NCBI GenBank assembly: GCA_046075685.1
Contig: JBJTQP010000092.1
Coordinates: forward strand, 861-64,860
Origin: Planctomycetaceae bacterium
GTDB lineage: Bacteria > Planctomycetota > Planctomycetia > Pirellulales > UBA1268
DNA: 64,000 nt
Reading direction: 5' to 3'
Made by a program: the position numbers and the translations under genes. This document shows positions 9,715-19,880 of this stretch, in pieces (positions within the stretch are counted from its first letter, which is position 1; the number at the start of each line of letters is the position of its first letter). Under the pieces are notes generated by a model. The model was not told where the DNA came from. It did not search any database and saw only the letters and a program-made list of their open reading frames with translations.

Positions 9715-10413
9715 TCACCCCTCCCCGGCCGAGTCGCCGAGGACGAGGTTCACCCGGCGTGGCATCGTCATCCGCGCAAACATGCCGAGCGCTCCCTTCG
9801 GCAGGCCGAGAAACTCGAGCTTTTCAAACCAGCCCGGGATCTCGGCGGCGAGCTTGCCCACCTGGGTGCCCCGCAGGTCGAGGTGCCGCAGGCTTTTGAG
9901 GTCCTTGAACTGCAGCAGGCCCTCGTCGCTGAGCGAGCCGCCGGCGAGATCGAGCACCGCCAGATCCTTGAGCGAGTCGGCGCGGAAACCGAGCAGCACG
10001 GCGAACACGTCGTCGGCGCGGCCGTTCGCGAGCCTCACCGCCACGAGCTTGTCGGCGACGTGGCCGAAATCCTCGCCGAACGACCGCCGCAGCCAGTCGG
10101 TTTCTTCCATCTCGATGCTGCCGCCCCGTTCGATCGTCTCGGTCGCCACCTCCTGCTGCTGCGCATAGGCCTCGATCTTCGACGCCAGCCACTCCAGCTT
10201 GCTGGCCTTGAACTTCACGTACTCCGTGGCGTCGTCGAAGGCCTTCTGGAGACGGATGAACTCCTGCGGATCGCCGCCCCGATCGGGATGGGCCTTCATC
10301 GCCTTGGCCATGAACGCCTGCTTGACGTCTTCGACGGTCAGCGGGGGCCTGAGCCCGAGGATTGCGAGGCACTCGGGCGTCTGGAGGTCGGCGGACGAGG
10401 AGGCATGCGTCAT
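9715..10413 (-). CDS. J-domain (DnaJ-like, HPD motif) protein with C-terminal leucine-rich repeats
   Basis: ATG at 10413 lies within the longer 584-aa ORF. LAILGLRPPLTVEDVKQAFMAKAMKAHPDRGGD forms the J domain. The C-terminus has LKDLAVLDLAGGSLSDEGLLQFKDLKSLRHLDLRGTQV, an LRR pattern. The part of the ORF upstream of this ATG is low-complexity Ser/Arg junk that overlaps the opposite-strand PPIase. Confidence 0.75.
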   Translation of the reverse strand: MTHASSSADLQTPECLAILGLRPPLTVEDVKQAFMAKAMKAHPDRGGDPQEFIRLQKAFDDATEYVKFKASKLEWLASKIEAYAQQQEVATETIERGGSIEMEETDWLRRSFGEDFGHVADKLVAVRLANGRADDVFAVLLGFRADSLKDLAVLDLAGGSLSDEGLLQFKDLKSLRHLDLRGTQVGKLAAEIPGWFEKLEFLGLPKGALGMFARMTMPRRVNLVLGDSAGEG

Positions 10414-10576
10414 GTGGGGGCTCTGGGGAAAAGACCTGGGCAGACTACGCCACCGCGGCGGTGCCGTCCACGCTCGGCTTGCAACGCTCGGGTTGCCCGG
10501 GGCGGGCGAATCGCCTATCTCCCCAGCGCCGCCGCGAGGGCGATTCGGCCCGAGCGCGGCATCACGGAGGGCAGCC

Positions 10577-12523
10577 ATGGGCGTCGATGCAACGAGGTGG
10601 GGCTGGGTTCGGGAGGTTGCCGCGGCGGCGGTCATCGTGGCGGTCGGCATCGGCTGGCGGGCGCTGACGGGCACGCTGGAGGCGGATGCGAAGCCGCCCC
10701 AGGCGGTGGAGCCGCCGCCACCCGGGGCCAAGCCGGTGGCGATCGTCAACGGTGTCGAGATCACGTCCGACGATCTTGCCGCGGAGTGCCTCGCCCGCCA
10801 CGGAACCTCGGTGCTCGAGACGCTCGTCAACCGTCGGATCATCGAACAGGCCTGCCAGCGGGCGGGCATCACGATCTCGCCGCAGGACGTCTCCGCCGAG
10901 ATCGACGGCCTGGCGCGGCGGTTCAAGGTGCCGCGCGACAAGTGGCTGGAGATGATCCAGCAGGAGCGGGGGATCATGCCGCAGCAGTATGCCGACGACA
11001 TCGTCTGGCCGATGCTCGCGCTCCGCAGCCTCGCCCGCGGCGCCTCCGAGCCGACGGACGACGAACTGCGGCAGGCCTTCGAGAATCGGTTCGGCCCGGC
11101 CGTCAAGGCGCGGATCATCGTCAGCCGCACGCGGCCGGATGCGGAGGCCGTGCGGAAGCAGGCCCTCGCCGCGCCGGACGAGTTCGGCGCGCTCGCCCGC
11201 CAGCACTCCGTCGACGTCGGCAGCGCCAGTGCCAACGGCTGGGTGCATCCGATCCGCATGCACTCGGGAGACCCCGGGTTCGACCGCGTGGCCCTCGGAC
11301 TCGAGGAGGGGGCGATCTCGGACGTGGTGCAGGTCGCCGACCAGTTCATCGTGATCAAGTGCGAAGGCCGCCTGCCGGGGTCGGGGGCGAAGCCGGAGGA
11401 GGTGCGGCCACATCTCGCCGAGGAACTGCGGGAGCGGAAGAGCCGCCAGGTGTCGAGCGAAGTCTTCAAGAAGCTTCAGGACGCGACCGCCGTGGAGAAC
11501 GTGATGAACGATCCGGCCAAGGCAGCGGCACGGCCGGGCGTGGCGACGCTGGTCAACGGGCAGCCGGTATCGATCGAAGACGTGAAGGCGGCCTGCCTCG
11601 CCCGGCATGGCCGCGACGTGGTCGAGGTGCTGGTGACCCGCAGGATCGTGGAGCAGGCCCTCGCGAAGCAGCAGCAGGCCGTTTCGCAGGCCGATCTCGA
11701 CGCCGAGATCGCCCGGGCCGCGGCCCAGATGGGCTTCACCCGGGCCGACGGCTCCCCCGACACCGGCGCCTGGCTCGACCGCGTGACCCGCGAGGAGAAG
11801 GTGCCGCTGCGGCACTATCTCGAGGACGTCGTCTGGCCGACGGTGGCGCTCAAGAAGCTCGTGGGCAGCGTGCCGGTCTCGCAGGAGGATCTCGACAAGG
11901 CCTTCGCGGCCACGTTCGGGCCGCGGGCACGATGCCGGATCATCGTGCTCGACAACCAGAGGCGGGCCCAGGAGGTCTGGCAGATGGCCCGGCAGAACCC
12001 CACCGCCGAGCACATCGGTGCCCTGGCGGAGACCTACTCGGCCGATCCGACCACCCGCTCGCTGCGGGGCGAGGTGCCGTCGATCCAGCGCTGGGGAGGC
12101 CAGCCGACACTGGAGCGCGAGGCCTTCGCGCTCAAGCCGGGCGAGCTCTCGGGGGTCGTCCAGGTGGCCGACCGGTTCATGGTGATCTTCTGCGAGGGCT
12201 TCACGGAGCCGGCGAAGGTGACGTTCCAGGATGTGCGGAACGAGCTCTTCGACGACATCTTCGAGAAGAAGCAGCGGATCGAGATGGCGAGGCACTTCAC
12301 CCATCTCCGGGAGTCGGCCTCGATCGACAACTTCCTCGCCGGCACCAGCCAGTCGCCCACGCAGCCCGGCCGTGGCCGCCGGCCCGACGCCGACATGCCC
12401 GCCACGACCCTCTCGCGGGCCGAGGCGGCCGACCTCGCCCGGCCCCGAGCCGGCAGCGTCAAGGCCGCGGCAGACGGGGTGGTGCCCGCCGCCCACCAGG
12501 CGCCCGCGGTGTCGTCACCCTGA
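10577..12523 (+). CDS. Peptidyl-prolyl cis-trans isomerase, SurA/PrsA-like, with two parvulin modules
   Basis: ATG at 10577 is preceded by GGAGG, and an N-terminal TM anchor follows. Two SurA-N-like plus parvulin units are present (ARIIVSR...VVQVADQFIVIKCEGR and CRIIVLD...VVQVADRFMVIFCEG). Confidence 0.8.
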   Translation: MGVDATRWGWVREVAAAAVIVAVGIGWRALTGTLEADAKPPQAVEPPPPGAKPVAIVNGVEITSDDLAAECLARHGTSVLETLVNRRIIEQACQRAGITISPQDVSAEIDGLARRFKVPRDKWLEMIQQERGIMPQQYADDIVWPMLALRSLARGASEPTDDELRQAFENRFGPAVKARIIVSRTRPDAEAVRKQALAAPDEFGALARQHSVDVGSASANGWVHPIRMHSGDPGFDRVALGLEEGAISDVVQVADQFIVIKCEGRLPGSGAKPEEVRPHLAEELRERKSRQVSSEVFKKLQDATAVENVMNDPAKAAARPGVATLVNGQPVSIEDVKAACLARHGRDVVEVLVTRRIVEQALAKQQQAVSQADLDAEIARAAAQMGFTRADGSPDTGAWLDRVTREEKVPLRHYLEDVVWPTVALKKLVGSVPVSQEDLDKAFAATFGPRARCRIIVLDNQRRAQEVWQMARQNPTAEHIGALAETYSADPTTRSLRGEVPSIQRWGGQPTLEREAFALKPGELSGVVQVADRFMVIFCEGFTEPAKVTFQDVRNELFDDIFEKKQRIEMARHFTHLRESASIDNFLAGTSQSPTQPGRGRRPDADMPATTLSRAEAADLARPRAGSVKAAADGVVPAAHQAPAVSSP

Positions 12524-12532
12524 GGTGGGCCG

Positions 12533-14500
12533 CTACGGCGCCGGCATTTCCCAGGCCGTCTGCAGCGCGATGCCGGCGTCGTCGCTGCGGAGCGTGGTGG
12601 CCCCGATCCCGAACATCCCCTCCATCTCGTCGTCGCCCGGCAGCAGCTTCTGCGCTGCGGCGAGCATGTCGCGGTACGGCTCGGACACGTCCTCCGGCCC
12701 GAGCGACTTCAGCATCTCGCGGAGGATGCCCAGCGTGCCGCCGGTGCGGGAGCTGTCGCTGAGGCCGACCATCCGCGCGGGTTCCATGGGCAGGAGTTCG
12801 CCGGCGCGTCCGGGCACGTTGCTGTCTCGGAATGACGAGTCGCCCGCCGGCGGATTGCGAATCGCCGCGAGTGTCTTTTCGAGGGAGTCGGCACCGACGC
12901 CCACGACGAGGTGGTCCTGGCCGAGGAACACGGCCGGGCCGTCGGGAAGGCGGACACCGCGAAAGCCCTGCTCCTCCTGGAGTTCGCCTCCGGCCGCGGC
13001 GGCGAGCCGCTGGAGGATCCGGCCGAAGGGGCCCTCGTCGGCGACCCGCCAGACCACCGCCATGGCGTCGGCGAACTGCCGCGGGGCCGCACCGCCCTCC
13101 GCGTTGCGGGCCCGCCGGGCGGCCGCGACCGCCTCGGCGACCCGGGGAGGGTAGTTGACCAGCCAGTGCCGGCTGCCGAGCGACGAAAGCAGCGTCGGCA
13201 GATTCACGCCCAGCCAACCCTGGGCCTGCATCTCCACCGCGGTGAACAGGTTGGCCGATTCGGGGCCGCCCTCCGCCACCACGAACTCCTTGACCGTCTC
13301 GTAGGCCCGGCCGAGATCGAGCGACACCTGGGTGAAGTCGACGGCGTCCCGGGTCACGAACGGGGGCACGTCCGAGCCGTCACACGGCTGGTCGAGAATC
13401 CGCATCAGCGCGGTCCGCGGAGCGGGCAGCGAGACGAACAGTCCGCTGCGCAACCGGTCCTCGTCGAGCGCCTGCCGCCAGGCGATCGGGCCGAGGTCGC
13501 CGACGCCGACGGCGGCCATGCGCCGCCGCGTCTCTTCGTCGGCGAGCGTCCGCATGAGCACCCGGGGATCGACCACCACGTCGAGCAGCGGGACTCCCGC
13601 CGGAAGCGTCGCCGCCATCCCCGGCGCGGCCAGGGCGTCGGCCAGCGGCGCCGCATCGGCCGCGGCGTGCGCCGCGAGGAACCGCTCGAAGATATCCCGG
13701 GCGATGTCCCCGCCGCTCTCCGCGTCGAAGTCGCGGTCACCGGCCGCAGGCTTGGCGGTGCCGGCCCCTGCGGGGAGCGTCTGGCCGACGAGCAGCCGGC
13801 CGCCCAGCCGGGCGAGGAAGGCGTGCACGTGCCCCGTCTTCACGAGCTTCGCCTCGCGAACCCGTCGCTGGAGCTCCGCAAGGCGTCGTTCCACGGCCTC
13901 CTCGTCGGTGCCGTCACCGGTGATCTGGCTTGCCGGGTCGATGCCCATCACCGGCTCCACCATCCACAGCACCTCGTGCCCGGCAAGGTCGAGGTCGATC
14001 CGCCGCGTGGTGCCGGTCTCGTCGTCGGCGATGTCCTCGTCGAGCTTCCGCCGAGTGGCCTCGACCATGCGGAGAGCGGCCTCCTCGCCCGGCTCCAGCC
14101 AGGCGAGCCCTGTCACCAGCGGCGGCAGGCCGCCCTCGCGAGTCCGGATCACGGAGCCGAGTCCCATGTCGCCGCGGAAGGCCGCGGTGAGATCTGCGGT
14201 GCTCAGCCCATACTTCGCGAGCGACGTCTCGAGATCCTCGTCGTCGGGCGTGCCGTCCGCCCGGGCCGCGTCGAGCGCGAGCTTCCAGATCCCCTCGAGC
14301 CTGCGTTCGGAGAGGGCCACCGCCCCGAACTTCGTCCGCGTTCGCAGGGCTTCGAGGAACCCGGCGGGCTGCGGCATCCGCAGCATGAACGCGGTGTCTT
14401 CGGGGAGGCACTCCCAGCTCGGACGTGGATCGGCCGCCGGGCCCACCGCCGCGATGCCGACCAGGCACAGAGATGCCGCGAGACGAACCACACACCGCAT
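12533..14500 (-). CDS. Hypothetical secreted protein (no confidently recognised domain)
   Basis: 655-aa ORF with signal peptide MRCVVRLAASLCLVGIAAVGPAA. High GC3 in this frame. It is the last gene of a co-directional cluster. Confidence 0.65.
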   Translation of the reverse strand: MRCVVRLAASLCLVGIAAVGPAADPRPSWECLPEDTAFMLRMPQPAGFLEALRTRTKFGAVALSERRLEGIWKLALDAARADGTPDDEDLETSLAKYGLSTADLTAAFRGDMGLGSVIRTREGGLPPLVTGLAWLEPGEEAALRMVEATRRKLDEDIADDETGTTRRIDLDLAGHEVLWMVEPVMGIDPASQITGDGTDEEAVERRLAELQRRVREAKLVKTGHVHAFLARLGGRLLVGQTLPAGAGTAKPAAGDRDFDAESGGDIARDIFERFLAAHAAADAAPLADALAAPGMAATLPAGVPLLDVVVDPRVLMRTLADEETRRRMAAVGVGDLGPIAWRQALDEDRLRSGLFVSLPAPRTALMRILDQPCDGSDVPPFVTRDAVDFTQVSLDLGRAYETVKEFVVAEGGPESANLFTAVEMQAQGWLGVNLPTLLSSLGSRHWLVNYPPRVAEAVAAARRARNAEGGAAPRQFADAMAVVWRVADEGPFGRILQRLAAAAGGELQEEQGFRGVRLPDGPAVFLGQDHLVVGVGADSLEKTLAAIRNPPAGDSSFRDSNVPGRAGELLPMEPARMVGLSDSSRTGGTLGILREMLKSLGPEDVSEPYRDMLAAAQKLLPGDDEMEGMFGIGATTLRSDDAGIALQTAWEMPAP

Positions 14501-14532
14501 GGCCGAATCCTTTCGCGCTGGAGGCGGTCGAA

Positions 14533-15500
<968 letters not shown>

Positions 15501-15504
<4 letters not shown>

Positions 15505-17771
15505 GGCCGAGCCTCGGTGCGGTGTTCAGGCTGCTCGTGCCCGGCGGCCGGATCATCAGCCGAGAGGTAGATCACCAGTCGATCCTGGCTGATCATCGCC
15601 AGATCGCGGCGGCCGTCGCCGTCGGCGTCGAGGCCAGCCAGCCGCCGCGGCTCGGGAACCATGTCCTTCGACTCGCCCCCGTCGTAGGGGTATTTGCGGT
15701 CCTCGAACACCTTCCAGGTCACCGATCGCTGCAGGCCCTCCGACCGGCGCAGCAGCGCCGTGAGCTGGTGCTTGCGGTCGTCACAGAGGGCGACGTCGTC
15801 GGTGTGGTCGCCGTCGATGTCGGTGGCGAGCACGCGGTGGATGGTCGATTCGCTGACCCCGCTGCGGCGGCCCACCCGGCCGTCGATGCTCTCCAGCAGC
15901 TTCAGCTCCCAGGGCCGGCCCCGTGAGAGCCTGACCACGCGGTCCTGGTCCACGAGCAGCAGTCCGAGCACGGGATCCCACCGCAGGTTCGTGCCGGCGG
16001 GCGGCTTGACGCTCGCTGCCACCCGCATGACGCCGGCCTCGTCGGCCGCGAGCCGATGGAGGAACCCGCCCCCCTGCTCCAGCGCCCAGGCCTCGCCGGC
16101 CGTGCCCGTTGCGGCAGGAAGCGGCAGATACGCCGCGATCTTCTGGCCTTCGGTGAGCATCACCTGGTCGACGGGGTGCAGGTCGTCACCGAGCCACTGC
16201 AGCACGCCGTCGGTGAGCCGTGCCCGCCGGAGCACGCCGTTCACGTCGAGCAGCAGGTATTCCGACAGGTCGACCTTGGCGAGCAGCGCCGGCGTCTTCA
16301 CGTCGGGCTTGCCGTCCACCAGCGTGACGAATCGGCCCGCCGTCGCGTAGGCGTCCTGCACGAGCAGCGTGTCGCCCCCGAGCCAGACCACCTGCTCGAC
16401 CTTGGGGCCGAGCCCGGCATAGCGGGTCGCCGTGGGCTCCGGCTGATCGGCGGGCCAGACGAACAGATCGAGGTCGGAGCCCACCCGCTGGGCCCACCAC
16501 ACGGTGCTGCCCACCGAGTCGAGGGCCACGATCTTGCGATCCTTGCCCTCGCGTTCCCAGGGTTGCGGGTAGGTGAGGCGGCCGTTCTCCCAGCGGCAGC
16601 GGTGCAGGTCGGACGCATCCTTGGCCCACACGAGCAGGGTGCCGGCCGCGCCGGCCGGCGCGGCCAGGGCCTTGATGCCACCAATCGACGGGAACGATTC
16701 CTCGGCCAGCCAGCCTTCGGGGCCGAGACGGTGCATCCGCAGCCTGGGCTGCGCCGTGTCGACCGCGACGATCGCGGGCACGGCCGCGGCCGATTCGCCC
16801 ACCATCATGCCGCACCAGCCGTGGCGGGCCGCACCCGCCAGCGGGAGCGCGTCGTGCCGGCCGACGTCGGTCGGTTCGCCAGCGGCCAGCTGGTAGCGTC
16901 GGAGGACGCCCTTGTCCGACCCGCCCAGCAGATACACGTCGGCCGCACCCGAGGGGTGGCCGCCGACCTGCAGCCCTTCGATCGGCTGGTCGTGCAGGGT
17001 CTGCGCCGGCAGCAGGCGACCGTCACCGTCGCAGGGATACCAGCGGACCACCTGGCGGGCCACGCTCGACCATTCCACGAGATCCCGGTCGCCGTCCCCG
17101 TCGAGGTCGGCGAGCTGCCAATCGATGCGGCTGCGGGTCTCCCGGGGCGGCAGCCAGACGGCGCGGCTGCCGCGGACCAGCGGCACCTGCTGGATGCCCT
17201 GCTCGCAGCTCACCAAGAGCTCATGGCCCCCGCCCGGCAGGTCGCGGACGAGGAGGCAGCCCGACTTGCCGGCGGGCGTGCCGGCGAGCAGGTTCCAGTC
17301 TCCGGCCTTCTTCCACGCGGCCTTCGCATCGATCGCGGCCCCGGCCGCCTGGGCGTAGATCGACACGCGATTGGAGGGCGTGCTGAGCACGAGCAGCTCC
17401 GGCCGGCCGTCCCCGTCGACGTCGTGGGCGACGGCGTCGACCGGCATCTCGTCGATGGGGACTTCCCCATGCGCCCAGTCGGGCGCGAGCGGAAGCTCGT
17501 TGGGACGGTCGGCATCCCGGGCGTCGTCGCGGCGACGGTCGCCGGGTGGCAGCCAGCGGTAGACGTCGAGCCGCGCCTGACGCGGGTTGACCACCACCAC
17601 GTCGTCGCGGCCGTCATGGCCGAGGTCGGCCACGAGCAACCGCTCGGCGCGGCCGTCGAGCGGGATCACCCGCATCCCCTGCCAGCCCTCGAAGGGATGC
17701 GGTTCGGCGGAGGCGAGCAGGGCGGGAAGCGCGGCGAGGATCGCGGCGGCACGGAGCGTCGAGCCAGTCAT
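15501..17771 (-). CDS. FG-GAP/VCBS repeat protein, secreted
   Basis: 756 aa with a signal peptide. It has repeated Ca-binding-type motifs DLGHDGRDDVVV, DVDGDGRPELLV, ADLDGDGDRDLV, TDIDGDHTDDVAL and LDADGDGRRDLAM. Confidence 0.8.
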
Positions 17772-17823
17772 GCCGCCAAGGATACTCCCGTGGAGGATCG
17801 CCCGCCACGAATGCCGGACCGCG

Positions 17824-19305
17824 TCACTCGAGTTCGGGCAGCATCTGCTCCGTGAGCGCCGCCTCGCGGAGCTTTTCCAGCGCCTTGGCCTCGATCTGGC
17901 GCACCCGCTCCTTCGTCACGCCGAGCGCGGAGCCGACCTCCTTGAGCGTCTGCGGCTCGCGGTCGTGGTCGAGGCCGTACCGGCGGATGATGATCGTCTG
18001 CTCCCGGGGCTCGAGGCGGTCGAGGAACTTCCCCACCTGGGCGAGCCGGTCGCTGGCCGCGAGCCGCTCCTGCAGCTCATCGGAGCGGCGGTCGGCGGCC
18101 GACTGGAGAAGCTCCATGTCGGCGGCCCGGAAGCGGTCGCGGTGCTTGTGCTCGTCGGGGATCGACCGGGCGAAGTTCTTCATGATCGCCCACGACGCAT
18201 AGGTGCTGAACTTGTTGCCGCGGGCGTAGTCGAACTTCTCCACCGCGCGGATCAGCGACATGTTGCCGTCGCTGACGAGGTCGAAGAAGCTGTCGCCGGG
18301 CGACACCCGTCGCTTGGCGATCGACACCACGAGCCGCAGGTTGGCGCGGACGATCCGGTTCTTGATCTCCACGATCTCCTCGGCGAGCCGCTCGACCTGG
18401 TCGAGCAGCCGCGAACTCGGCCGCTCGGGGTCGATCTGCTCCCGCAGCTGCACCGCCTTGTACTTCAGGTAGTTGAACTTCCGGAACAGCCAGACCTCCT
18501 GCTCGCGGGTGAGCAGGGGCACCTCGTAGAGGCTGGCGAGGTAGGCGGGCAGGCCGTTGGGCCGCCGCACACGCTTCGCGTCGGTGACGCCCGGGAACGG
18601 CTGGTCGACCACCTTCTCGGCGCTTGCCCGGGCGAAGAGCGCGTTGGGAATGAAGTCGAGAGGCAGCTGCATCACGTGCTCCGCCCGCTGTGCGAGGATC
18701 ACGCGGTAGATGCTCGCCTTGGAGCGGTGGTAGCGGCGGGCGATCGACTCGACCGGCTCGCCGGCGAGGTGGTGCTGGTAGATGCGGGCCCGGCTCTCCG
18801 GCCGCAGGTGGCCGTCGGCCGCCGGAAAGACCGCCGTGTCGGGGTGCTCCTGGTCGTATCGCTTGAGCGTGTAGCGGATCGTCTCCACGCTGCGGCCGAG
18901 CCGGTCGGCGATGCGGCGGTGGACGTCGGCGGGGCAGGCGCCCGCGATTGCGAGCCGCCGCGCCCAGGAGACGATCTTCTCGTGCTCGTCGTCGCTCAGC
19001 TGGCTGAATCGTCCGCCGCGCTCGATCCGCAGCGGGTTGTCGCGGACGAATCGTTCCACGGCGCTGGCCAGGAAGCCCACGCGGCGTCGGCCGTCGACCG
19101 TGTACCGCTGGGCGACCAGACCATGATCCCGCCACCGGGAAATCGTCTTCGTGGAGACGTTGAAGCGGCGGGCAAGATCCTCGATCGAGAGCACCTGCTC
19201 CCCGGGCGGAACGTCGCCACGCGGGCCGAGATCCTCCGCAGGCCGATCGGCACGGCCGTCGTCGAACATTCTCACCAAACCATCACCGGCAGCACTGGAA
19301 CGCAT
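17824..19305 (-). CDS. Sigma-70 family RNA polymerase sigma factor with an N-terminal HTH-containing extension
   Basis: Region 2 (RANLRLVVSIAKRR...DLVSDGNMSLIRAVEKFDYARGNKFSTYASWAI) and region 4 (LKEVGSALGVTKERVRQIEAKALEKLR) are present. The N-terminal ~190 aa include LSIEDLARRFNVSTKTISRWRDHGLV, an HTH. The start is uncertain: ATG at 19305 or 19269, and the ORF stays open up to 19800. Confidence 0.85.
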   Translation of the reverse strand: MRSSAAGDGLVRMFDDGRADRPAEDLGPRGDVPPGEQVLSIEDLARRFNVSTKTISRWRDHGLVAQRYTVDGRRRVGFLASAVERFVRDNPLRIERGGRFSQLSDDEHEKIVSWARRLAIAGACPADVHRRIADRLGRSVETIRYTLKRYDQEHPDTAVFPAADGHLRPESRARIYQHHLAGEPVESIARRYHRSKASIYRVILAQRAEHVMQLPLDFIPNALFARASAEKVVDQPFPGVTDAKRVRRPNGLPAYLASLYEVPLLTREQEVWLFRKFNYLKYKAVQLREQIDPERPSSRLLDQVERLAEEIVEIKNRIVRANLRLVVSIAKRRVSPGDSFFDLVSDGNMSLIRAVEKFDYARGNKFSTYASWAIMKNFARSIPDEHKHRDRFRAADMELLQSAADRRSDELQERLAASDRLAQVGKFLDRLEPREQTIIIRRYGLDHDREPQTLKEVGSALGVTKERVRQIEAKALEKLREAALTEQMLPELE

Positions 19306-19880
19306 GACGTTTCTCCCGCTGGCGACCGTGCCAGCCGTTGTCGCCGGCACTGAGAACGGGCCGGGCATGCTGCCCGAACCGACCGCCGCGGCCGACGAAT
19401 GACTGTGGAAACCACGTCCCATGTGCCAGGCGACCATCCGTGGACGCCGATCCTGCTGAAAGGACGTGCCTGTTATACGAGCCGTCCGGTGAAGCGGTTC
19501 GTGGACAACTGGGATTCTTGAGCTTTTTTCAATTGACACCCGCGGCCTTCGCGGCTCGCGAGTGACGCAAGTCTCAATCGGGCAATGGTTTGCGACCGAT
19601 TTCGCCGCTGAGTCGATTCTCGTTTTCTGGCCGCGGCACTGGTTTTGGGCCTGCAAAACATGTGCTGGAAGGTCGCCGGACACTCGTGCAAAGCGCCTCC
19701 GGCGCGGTGACTGGCGGACTCTGGCGGGCTTCCGATCGGCAGTGACGAAATCTTTGCCGTCGACGGACGAAGGAACCACCGGGGTCCGCGGACTGATCAC
19801 GCGGGGTGGATGACCGTTCTGGGGCGTGCCGGAGGTTCCCGATGCGTTGCGAGTGGCCGTGGGTCCGAAGAACGCCGGGG

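Noticed and set aside
9271-12762. Very long alternate-frame ORFs: 1163 aa at 9271-12762 (+), 1132 aa at 46404-49802 (+), 1123 aa at 49364-52735 (-), 688 aa at 5477-7543 (+).
   Set aside because: Their translations are Arg/Pro/Gly/Ala-rich low-complexity strings with no motifs. They lie antisense to or out of frame with ORFs that carry clear family signatures. These are the expected artefact of very high GC content, where stop codons are scarce.
19634-19649. CGGCAC-TGGTT-TTGGG, a sigma-54-like element upstream of the 19881 gene.
   Set aside because: It has GG instead of the critical GC at -12 and C instead of T at the first position, and it lies ~230 nt from the start codon. This is too weak to call.
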